DNA from: SAR86 cluster bacterium
GTDB taxonomy: Bacteria; Pseudomonadota; Gammaproteobacteria; Pseudomonadales; Pseudohongiellaceae
DNA: 64,000 nt
Assembly: GCA_002401885.1 (NCBI GenBank)
Contig: NVUL01000044.1
Coordinates: 7,680-71,679 of the forward strand
Direction of reading: 5' to 3'
Shown: piece after piece, positions 17,956 to 25,761 of the stretch
How positions within the stretch are numbered: position 1 is the stretch's first letter
Layout of the letters: every line of letters begins with the position of its first letter
The notes under the pieces: model-generated
Database searches by the model: none
The model's input: the letters and a program-made list of their open reading frames with translations, nothing else
Told to the model about the DNA's origin: nothing
Translations under genes and position numbers: made by a program

Positions 17956-18489
17956 ATGCCGAGAAAGATTCTAGTAGTGGTGCTTCAGATAATTGTGGCG
18001 ATGGTTACGATTCCAGCCGTGGCGCTGGCCACTATGAGCTTCGAGAATCGCAATAACGATGGGCCGTCGATTCTCTTTCCCGGAGGAGAGCTAGTATCCG
18101 GTGAGCTGTATGCCGGCCCGGAGCCTGATTGGAGCTTCACGGATGAGGTGTCTACCATTCACCTGCAGCTGGACAATCCGCTCAGCTCCCGACTCATTTG
18201 GATCGAAGAGAGCGATGGTAAGGTCTATATCACCTCGGACTATATGGGTACCTGGCTAGGTCGGCGCTGGAAGCACTGGGCAGTTCAGGCTTACGAAGGT
18301 GATGGACTCGCGGTTGTTCGTATCAATGACATTCGCTATGAGCGAAAGCTCGTTAGGGTTTTCTACAGCCCTCTACTGGAAGGCGTCATCGACAAGAAAA
18401 TAGCGAAGTATCGTTCAAGAATAACGAGAGAAGCGATTGAGTCTGGTGAGACTTGGGTGTTCGAGTTGGCACCGCGAGCGGGAGTTTAG
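17956..18489 (+). CDS. membrane-anchored hypothetical protein (distant paralog of 47387..47893)
   Basis: AGGAA Shine-Dalgarno and an N-terminal TM helix. It shares the pattern W..(D/P)DG.vy.T....W..R....GDGL..RI.D..YE......W.VF...PR with the 168-aa protein at 47387. Confidence 0.6.
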   Translation: MPRKILVVVLQIIVAMVTIPAVALATMSFENRNNDGPSILFPGGELVSGELYAGPEPDWSFTDEVSTIHLQLDNPLSSRLIWIEESDGKVYITSDYMGTWLGRRWKHWAVQAYEGDGLAVVRINDIRYERKLVRVFYSPLLEGVIDKKIAKYRSRITREAIESGETWVFELAPRAGV

Positions 18490-18493
18490 TGTT

Positions 18494-18631
18494 ATGAGGT
18501 TGCTCTATTATATCGCTCTTCTCGTTTCGGTTTCTCTATTAGTATCCTTATCAATTCTCTTCGTACCCGGTTTGGCTGAATCTATAGAAAGTTGGATGCT
18601 GGGTTTCTTGGCTAGAAATGCAGCGGCCTAA
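18494..18631 (+). CDS. possible 45-aa hydrophobic peptide
   Basis: The ATG at 18494 lies 5 nt after the preceding stop. The product MRLLYYIALLVSVSLLVSLSILFVPGLAES... has one TM helix. Its 3' end overlaps the convergent fragment at 18612..18836. Confidence 0.3.
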   Translation: MRLLYYIALLVSVSLLVSLSILFVPGLAESIESWMLGFLARNAAA

Positions 18632-18836
18632 TTAATGCTTCTTGCCATACTGGGTCATCGAGTTTGCCATCTAGAATAGGCGCTGTATTTACCCTCGCCG
18701 CTCGGAAGCTCTTTGCATCAACCTGCTGCTCCTCCACCAAATCTTGCGCAGAGACGACGCCAGCGCAAAGTGCCATAGAAAGGGTGATAGGAATTCGAAT
18801 TAAGGTGCTTTGAATGGGAGTTGAATTACGGCGCAA
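18612..18836 (-). pseudogene. N-terminal fragment of a CBM9/DUF5916-like secreted protein (truncated)
   Basis: TTG start and signal peptide ...LSMALCAGVVSAQ. The motif APILDGKLDDPVWQEA normally opens ~700-aa CBM9-like proteins, but here the ORF stops 8 codons later. Confidence 0.4.
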
Positions 18837-18856
18837 ATGGGGAACCTCATACTACA

Positions 18857-18888
18857 TAGGGTCTAAGACAAATAGGGTCTAAGACAAA
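18857..18888. repeat. perfect 16-bp tandem duplication TAGGGTCTAAGACAAA x2
   Basis: Read directly: 18857..18872 is identical to 18873..18888. Confidence 0.9.
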
Positions 18889-19025
18889 CAAGGGCTATGA
18901 CTAGCGGCGGAGTCTAGCAATCGAGAAGCATGGATATAAGAAGTAGACACACAATGTTTCAAAATGGCTTTTCACAGTATTGCTGTAGCCGTGGAATTAG
19001 TGAGCTTGCAGGAGTTTTCTCTGAA

Positions 19026-20564
19026 CTATTGCTCTGAGTGTGCCGCTCTAAACTCTAGCAACACTTCGCTGGCAGAGGGTCCGGGGACGGACGTATTAAA
19101 GCCGAAGAAGCTCCCCCGACTCTCCGCGGCGACAGCCAGATCGAGTGGCGTCTGCCCTTGAGAATTGAGTGCATTCACGTCGGCGCCTCGTTGCGCTAAT
19201 TCCCGCACTATGTTCGGAAGCTTTCTGGCCGCGGCATCGTGTAGTGCTGTCGACTCACTGTAGTCGCGGTGATTCAGATCAGCGCCGTGTTCGGCGGCGA
19301 CTATTATTGCAGCCAGCGCAAGCTGCTCTTCGCCAGCTGGGTCTGGGTTAGGCTGGACATAATAGCGACCTCGGGTGCTGTCACCGCGAATGGCAGCCTG
19401 AACGGTGCTCTCGAATCCTCCAACCACTTCTGCCGTATAGGAATCACGATCTTCCCGATTTCTGGGAATGCTCAAGCGACCTTCGTTGGTTAGAGAGGGG
19501 TCTGCTCTACCCTCGACTAGTGCGCGCATAATATCTGCTTCACGAAAACTGGCCGCAATCCAGTATGGCGTTGCTCCGACCAGCGGTGTTTTAAGGGCCC
19601 AGTCTTCGCTTGCGCGCTGCACCGGGTTCGGTCTAAGCAGTCTGGCATCAGGATCGGCGCCATGAGCCAGTAGGGCATTCACGGTTTCCAAATCGCCACG
19701 CAGAATCGCGGCATGCAGAGCGGTATAACCAGCGCCTACAGTATTTGCATCGGCTCCGCGCTCCAGCAGCAGCCCTGCTAGAACTGGGTGGCCGCTATGA
19801 GTCGCAATGACCAGAGCGCTAGTTTCATTGCCCGCAACTGCTTCTATGTCCGCTTCATTGTTGAGTAAGAGGCGTGCCATCTCAACATCGCCGCTGCGTG
19901 CTGCAAACAGCAGTGCCGTATAACCACCAAGTTGTTCTGTGATGCCCTGATCGAATGCGCCGCCATTTGTTGCGTCGGCATACATGAGTCGTGACCGCAG
20001 CTTCGATCGTGCCTCCAGGTCTGCCCCTGCGTCTATAAGTAAGCGCGCGACGTCCACGTGTCCCTGAGCAGTTGCCCACATGAGTGCTGTCTGTTCGCGT
20101 GATCGCTCGCTAGCATTAACATCTGCTCCTGCTCTCAGCAACAGCTCAATTCCGCGAGAAGTGCCTGCTCGCGCAGCGGTCATAATCGGCGTCTCACCCA
20201 TCGGCATCGCAATATTCGGGTTCGCGTCTGCCTTAAGCAACTGCTCAATTAGTTCTGCATTGCCGCTCTTTGCGGCCAAATAAAGAGGTGAGGCACCTAG
20301 ACGGTTGACGGCGTTGACGTCGGCATCGGCCGCTATGAGTAAGGCAAGTGCGTCGACATTTTCATTATACACCGCCCAGTGTATTGCAGTTGCGCCATCC
20401 GCTTGTCGCGAGTCGGGATCGGCACCGTCACGTAACAAGGTCTGCAACATAGCGGCGTCTTGATACCTAGCCGCCTCGATCAGGGGGGGAGTTTCGGCAC
20501 GCGCGACACTTGCCGCAATAAACGCTGCCAATGCAATCGTTAATACTCTCATTCCTTTTGTCAT
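19026..20564 (-). CDS. secreted ankyrin-repeat protein
   Basis: Signal peptide MTKGMRVLTIALAAFIAASVARA, followed by about a dozen ANK units (GATAIHWAVYNENVDALALLIAADADVNA, GASPLYLAAKSGNAELIEQLLKADANPN, and so on). The ATG at 20564 has a GAGAG Shine-Dalgarno and lies 13 nt after the DUF1552 stop. Confidence 0.85.
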   Translation of the reverse strand: MTKGMRVLTIALAAFIAASVARAETPPLIEAARYQDAAMLQTLLRDGADPDSRQADGATAIHWAVYNENVDALALLIAADADVNAVNRLGASPLYLAAKSGNAELIEQLLKADANPNIAMPMGETPIMTAARAGTSRGIELLLRAGADVNASERSREQTALMWATAQGHVDVARLLIDAGADLEARSKLRSRLMYADATNGGAFDQGITEQLGGYTALLFAARSGDVEMARLLLNNEADIEAVAGNETSALVIATHSGHPVLAGLLLERGADANTVGAGYTALHAAILRGDLETVNALLAHGADPDARLLRPNPVQRASEDWALKTPLVGATPYWIAASFREADIMRALVEGRADPSLTNEGRLSIPRNREDRDSYTAEVVGGFESTVQAAIRGDSTRGRYYVQPNPDPAGEEQLALAAIIVAAEHGADLNHRDYSESTALHDAAARKLPNIVRELAQRGADVNALNSQGQTPLDLAVAAESRGSFFGFNTSVPGPSASEVLLEFRAAHSEQ

Positions 20565-20577
20565 CTGCTCTCTCAAA

Positions 20578-21912
20578 TCACACGTCACTCAAAAGATCGA
20601 GGTGTCCCGTGCTGTTGGACATTTGGTCCATTGGAATACCCATTCTCTCCAGCATCGTTAGGTGTAGATTGCTGATAGGTGTGCCTTCGGCATAGCGAAG
20701 GTGGCGCCCACCTTTCACTGTCCCAGATCCACCGCCAAGCAGAACCAGCGGCAGGCCGGTGTTCTGGTGTCGGTTACTGTCGGACATTCCTGCGCCGTAT
20801 AGCATTAGCATATTGTCGAGCAGCGAGCCATTTCCATCTGGTGTCGCATCGAGTTTGTCCAGGTAGTAGGAGAACAGACTTGTGTGAAACTCGTTAATCT
20901 TCGTAACTTTTTCATACAGCACTGGGTCATCGCGGTGGTGAGAGGTTGGGTGGTGCGAATCGGGAACGCCAATCTCGGCGTAAGTGCGGCCACTTAATTC
21001 TCGTCCCAACATGAATGTTATGACGCGTGTCAGATCTGTCTGATAGGCGAGCACCTGCATATCGAACATAAGCTTTGCATGCTCTTCGTAGGTATCGGGT
21101 ATGCCGGAGGGCTGCTCAACTTGTGGTAGCTCCCGGTTACTCTGTGCCTCGGCCATCTCTATACGGCGTTCCACATCTCTAACGGCATCCAAATATTGAT
21201 CGAGCTTGGCGCGATCGCCTGCTCCAACACTGCGATTAAGTTCGGAAATTCGCTCGGTAACGGAGTCGAGCAGGCTTCTGTCCTTGCGTATGCGTTGCAG
21301 ACGAACCTCCGGGTCTGTCGTACCGGTATCCCCGAACAACCTCTCAAACACGACTCGTGGATTAGTCTCCATCGGCAACGGCGTGTAGGAGTCTCTCCAG
21401 GAAATGGTGCTCGTGTATTGGCAGCTGAAACCGATGTCACAGGAGCCGAACACATCGCTCTGGTCTAACGCCAACTCCAGTGAGCCGAGTTGTGTCTGGC
21501 GTCCGAGTTGGCGAGCCACCAATTGGTCTAGTGATACAGAGGCTTCGAGATCGGATTCAGTGCGAGCTGGGGTAACTCCAGTAAGAAAGCGAGTAGAGGC
21601 GCTGGCGTGTACGCCCGCGTTGCTGGACACTCCATTCAATCCGGTTAACACGAGCATCCTATCTTGGTAGGCGGCCATGGGTTGCAGAATTCGAGTCATC
21701 TCAAAGCCCGCACCTTCGGTGGTTGGGGTCCAAGATTTCATAGCCATACCATTCGGTACATAGACTACGCCGAGCCGCTTCACCGGTTGTGCTTCTAGCG
21801 CCGAAGCAGAGGAAAGCGCTGGAACCATACTATCTAATAATGGTAGTGCAAGACTCGCACCTAACCCTCGTAATACGGTTCGACGAGGTAGGGTCTTCTT
21901 GAATATGTTCAT
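20578..21912 (-). CDS. DUF1552 family protein, Tat signal
   Basis: N-terminal RRTVLRGLGASLALPLL. The length and the pairing with an upstream DUF1592-type protein are typical of DUF1552. The start overlaps the upstream stop (ATGA at 21909..21912). Confidence 0.8.
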   Translation of the reverse strand: MNIFKKTLPRRTVLRGLGASLALPLLDSMVPALSSASALEAQPVKRLGVVYVPNGMAMKSWTPTTEGAGFEMTRILQPMAAYQDRMLVLTGLNGVSSNAGVHASASTRFLTGVTPARTESDLEASVSLDQLVARQLGRQTQLGSLELALDQSDVFGSCDIGFSCQYTSTISWRDSYTPLPMETNPRVVFERLFGDTGTTDPEVRLQRIRKDRSLLDSVTERISELNRSVGAGDRAKLDQYLDAVRDVERRIEMAEAQSNRELPQVEQPSGIPDTYEEHAKLMFDMQVLAYQTDLTRVITFMLGRELSGRTYAEIGVPDSHHPTSHHRDDPVLYEKVTKINEFHTSLFSYYLDKLDATPDGNGSLLDNMLMLYGAGMSDSNRHQNTGLPLVLLGGGSGTVKGGRHLRYAEGTPISNLHLTMLERMGIPMDQMSNSTGHLDLLSDV

Positions 21913-24359
21913 AGCTCAGTTCTCCGCATTTGAAATGGCGTGCTTTCAATCACTCCAAGAATTACTGACGACCAACGATAGTCGTTCTCTGCCGAGGCGC
22001 GCACGATCGCCCGCACTTGGGGCATGTCATAATATTCGAGGCCACGTCCGAGGGCGAACCTCAGTAGTTTCTCAGTTATCGTGCCGACCAGATCGTCGGG
22101 TCGCTCGAGTAGCAGTCCACGCAACCCATCCGGTCCATCGAAGGTATTGCCGTCAGGAAGTATTCCAGAGGCATCGATCGGCTGGCCGGCAAATTCGCCG
22201 CGCCATTTACCGATAGCGTCATAGTTCTCCAGTGAGAAGCCTATCGGATCCATGGCCGCGTGGCAGACGCGGCAGGCTGGATTCTCTCTATGCATGGCCA
22301 TGGCCTCACGCATAGTGAGCTCCTTGCCATCGCTGCTCGTCTCTAATGCTGGCACATTGGGTGGCGGCTCTGGGGGTGGTCCCCCGAGCAGGTTCTCAAG
22401 TACGAACTTGCCTCTGAGTACCGGCGATGTTCTATTCGGATAGGACGTCACCATCATCAAACTGCCATGTCCGAGCAGTCCGCCACGCTGATTGCCTTCC
22501 AGGCTCACCTTGCGGTAGCGGCTGCCGTAGATTCCTGGAATGTCGTAGTGCTTTGCGAGTCGCTCGTTGACGAAGGTGTAGTCGGCGCTTAATAGTTCGA
22601 GCAGGCTTCTGTCGGAACGGATCTGATCGTCGATAAACAGCTCGGTCTCTTGCTGGAAGGCTGCGCGCAAGTTCTCATCGAATTCGGGAAAACCGGCGGG
22701 ATCGGGATAGATTCCTCCCAGGTTCCGCAGATACAACCACTGACCGACGAAGTTCTTGATGAAGGCATCCGCACGTGGGTCTGCCATCATCCGTTCGACC
22801 TGCTGCTCGAGAATTCCGGGTTCGCGCAGGCCGCCGCGCTCAACCAGGTTGAGTAGCTCGTCGTCCGGCAGACTGCTCCACAGGAAGAATGACATTCGTG
22901 AGGCAAGTTCACTTTCGGAGATCGCATACATGCTGCCGGGCTGCGCACCAACTGAATCCTGTTCGATACGGAACAGGAAGTCGGGAGAGACGAGTATGCG
23001 CTCAAGTGCAAACTGAATACCGGCATCGAAGTCACCATCGATGCGTCCTGCTTTGAAGAACTCAAGTAGTTCATCAACATCGCTCTCATTGGCAGGGCGT
23101 CTATAGGCACTTCGCGCGAGTGAGCTAAGAATCTCCCGCGCGCAGGCTGGCTCCTCATCCATATTCGCAGGGCTGCAGATAAATATTTTCTGCCGGCTGG
23201 GTGTGTCGCCAGGTCCGGTCACCGAGAGCGGGCCTTCTATCTCAATACTGCCAATACCGGGATTGCTGTCTGGCAATTCGGTGACAGCGAGGTGATAGCC
23301 GAACAGACGAGGTTGTTCGATGCCCTCGTTCTCCCACATCTCGCGCGGGAAGGTGGCTCCGATAATGCGCGGCCCAGCCTGCACTGGCAGCACTAACTCG
23401 AAGCCCTCGTCAGCGAATCCCATCATGAACTCCTCCCACTCATCGCTACCGCGGATGTTCCCCGCGTAGCTATAGGGTGCAGGCATGCCCGGTGCGTCGC
23501 CGCCGAAGGTGACGGAGTCGAGTAGCTCGCCGTCGAGGCTGATCTCCATCTGGTGGGGCGCGTCGTAGCCACGCACGAAGTCGACGTAGTTGGTCTGCAA
23601 TTTGACGGTTATCCGATATTCTCCGTCAACGGGGAAAATGTGTTCGATGGCGGTACCGCCGCGCGAACCGAAGGGCAGCTCTTCGTTGAGTCTGTCATCC
23701 TGTATCAGATTCAGTGGCACCTCATAGCTCTTAGTCGAAGCCCCTCTTGGCGTAGCGCCAACGGCTAATTCTGCTATTCTGTGCGCCGCGGAAACATAGC
23801 GCTCCACGAGCACCGGCGAAAGCGCTAGCACGTCGGCATTGTTGTCAAAGCCGTATTGGTCCGGCGAGTCCGCAGGAATCAGGCTAGCAACATCTAGATC
23901 GAGATCCAGGAGATCACGGACGGAGTTTCGATATTCGGTTTGGTTGAGTCGATGGAATGCCTGGGTTCGACCAGGATTAAGCTGCGCCGCAGCAACCTGA
24001 TCTAGTTCGTTCTCAAGCCAGGTGCGAAAGCCGTCGTAGCGCTGCTTGTCAGGACGCGGATAGTTGGGAGGCGGCATCACGCCTACTCGAAGTTTCTTAA
24101 CGACCTTCTCCCATACCTCTGGGTTTGCCGCCAAGTTAGACACGTCCTCGGTATCCAAGGTAAGACCGAGATTGCGCAGCTGAGTAGTTTGCAGGCCCTC
24201 GTTTACCGTGGCCACACTGTTGACCACAGCTTGGTTGTGGCAGATGACGCAGTACTGATCCAGCAGTGCCCGATTGCTCTCGGCGATTGTCCTGGATTCG
24301 GCGGCATCGAGCATTCCGAAGGCTGCTAAGCCCGTGCAAAATAACAGTGCTCTTTTCAT
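21909..24359 (-). CDS. DUF1592/DUF1595/DUF1588/DUF1587/DUF1585-type protein with c-type haem motifs
   Basis: Signal peptide MKRALLFCTGLAAFGMLDA (ATG at 24359). It has an N-terminal CVICHN and a C-terminal ENPACRVCHAAMDPIGF. The ~815-aa architecture is characteristic of the planctomycete-type partner of DUF1552. Confidence 0.8.
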   Translation of the reverse strand: MKRALLFCTGLAAFGMLDAAESRTIAESNRALLDQYCVICHNQAVVNSVATVNEGLQTTQLRNLGLTLDTEDVSNLAANPEVWEKVVKKLRVGVMPPPNYPRPDKQRYDGFRTWLENELDQVAAAQLNPGRTQAFHRLNQTEYRNSVRDLLDLDLDVASLIPADSPDQYGFDNNADVLALSPVLVERYVSAAHRIAELAVGATPRGASTKSYEVPLNLIQDDRLNEELPFGSRGGTAIEHIFPVDGEYRITVKLQTNYVDFVRGYDAPHQMEISLDGELLDSVTFGGDAPGMPAPYSYAGNIRGSDEWEEFMMGFADEGFELVLPVQAGPRIIGATFPREMWENEGIEQPRLFGYHLAVTELPDSNPGIGSIEIEGPLSVTGPGDTPSRQKIFICSPANMDEEPACAREILSSLARSAYRRPANESDVDELLEFFKAGRIDGDFDAGIQFALERILVSPDFLFRIEQDSVGAQPGSMYAISESELASRMSFFLWSSLPDDELLNLVERGGLREPGILEQQVERMMADPRADAFIKNFVGQWLYLRNLGGIYPDPAGFPEFDENLRAAFQQETELFIDDQIRSDRSLLELLSADYTFVNERLAKHYDIPGIYGSRYRKVSLEGNQRGGLLGHGSLMMVTSYPNRTSPVLRGKFVLENLLGGPPPEPPPNVPALETSSDGKELTMREAMAMHRENPACRVCHAAMDPIGFSLENYDAIGKWRGEFAGQPIDASGILPDGNTFDGPDGLRGLLLERPDDLVGTITEKLLRFALGRGLEYYDMPQVRAIVRASAENDYRWSSVILGVIESTPFQMRRTEL

Positions 24360-24415
24360 GTCATGTTCCGAGTGTAATAAGCGTTGAATCCAAGTTTTAA
24401 ACCCATGCTCTAAAT

Positions 24416-25495
24416 CTATGCATTGCGTCCAGTAGGGTTCGCCACCGTGCCGCATTCATCTCCCAAATAACCGTTTCCACCACAGTAACTGAGGTCCTGC
24501 AGCTGAATTAGAATGCCGTCGGGGTCGGTAAAATACAGTTCTGGAGTGCCCTCGGCTGCGCCGCCTCGATCCGATCCGCGCATCGTCACGTAGGCCTGCA
24601 ATGGGCCGTTGGCACTTGATGCCTCCTCTAACACGGTCAAGCCGTAGCCTTCCAATACAGAGAAGATGCGATCGACATCAAAATCAGCCACGGCCAGTGA
24701 GGCGTGGTGTATGCGTCCAGCTAGAGGAGGGACCGCCGGCATAGCCAGGAATTGCTTACCGGAGCCAATTCTCATGACCGGCAGAGCGCCTTGGTAGGTG
24801 TCTATCTCCATGCCGAATAGGCTCTGATAGAACGCCATGGAGCGCGGCTGATCAGAGACAAATAGAGTGAAATGATTGAACTCATGCAGGGTTAGCAGCC
24901 CCGAGCTAGGTGCAGGCTCAGGCGTCGCCAGGCAGTCTTCGCCCAGTAAGCCCGCGCCTCCGCAATAACTCGTGTCTTGCAATTGCACGACAATGCCATC
25001 GGGGTCGCCGAAGTACAGTTCCGGTGTGCCGCTGGCTGCGCCACCAAATTCCTCTCCGCGCATTCTTACGCGCGACTGCATCGGCCCGGATTCGCTGGTC
25101 GCGGCGACGCCGTGCTCGGAGAGGATTTGCACTGTTCGCTCGTCATCGAAATTTTCAACCGCAAGGCAGAGATGGGTGATTCGTGGATTGTCACTAGGCG
25201 ATCCGCCAATGGCCATGAACTGCGGACCATCGCCAACTTGCAGCACTATTGTCTCGCCCTGACGTGCCGCGATAGGCATGCCGAACAGGCCCTGATACCA
25301 AGCAAGCGAGGCGGCCGGATTGGACACGCTGATTGTCATGTGATTTATCGATTGCACAGGAAGAGGGGGGCTGGAACTAGTGGCAGCACTGCTACTGCCG
25401 GTCACAGCCAGTGCCGCGACTGAACCCAAGAAAGTACGGCGACTAAACTGTCTGTTTTCTATACCACTGACCAATCGCTCGACGTCCGCCACCAT
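24416..25495 (-). CDS. Tat-exported tandem VOC (glyoxalase/extradiol dioxygenase fold) protein
   Basis: Tat motif SRRTFLGSVAALAVTG. The protein has two homologous halves (INHMTISVSNPAASLAWYQGLFGM... and FNHFTLFVSDQPRSMAFYQSLFGM...). Each half ends GTPELYF.DPDGI..QLQD.SYCGG.G.LG..C. Confidence 0.85.
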   Translation of the reverse strand: MVADVERLVSGIENRQFSRRTFLGSVAALAVTGSSSAATSSSPPLPVQSINHMTISVSNPAASLAWYQGLFGMPIAARQGETIVLQVGDGPQFMAIGGSPSDNPRITHLCLAVENFDDERTVQILSEHGVAATSESGPMQSRVRMRGEEFGGAASGTPELYFGDPDGIVVQLQDTSYCGGAGLLGEDCLATPEPAPSSGLLTLHEFNHFTLFVSDQPRSMAFYQSLFGMEIDTYQGALPVMRIGSGKQFLAMPAVPPLAGRIHHASLAVADFDVDRIFSVLEGYGLTVLEEASSANGPLQAYVTMRGSDRGGAAEGTPELYFTDPDGILIQLQDLSYCGGNGYLGDECGTVANPTGRNA

Positions 25496-25761
25496 GGTTT
25501 ACTCTCCTTTGAATTTGCATCACTCTTTCTATCACGACTTACACTAGGTAATAAATGTAACGGTTGATTCGCCCGCTGCATAGCCGATTCTAGAGTGATT
25601 TTGAAATCTGGTACAAATAGAGGGGCCAGTTGCAAAGAATAATGATACAAATTGAGGCCTCAAGATCACTGATGTATGAGGTATTACGACGCTCTTACAG
25701 TAAAGTGGTTAAAACATTGGCTAAATAGGTAAGTCACAAAAATTGTCGCCAGGAGACCCTA

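Noticed and set aside
18857-18888. Possible CRISPR or other repeat array
   Set aside because: There are only two abutting 16-bp copies with no spacers, and no cas genes anywhere in the window.
25652-25663. Perfect 12-bp palindrome TTGAGGCCTCAA in the divergent VOC-operon / PQQ3-operon spacer
   Set aside because: About 15 such 6+6 palindromes are expected by chance in 64 kb, and nothing else supports it.
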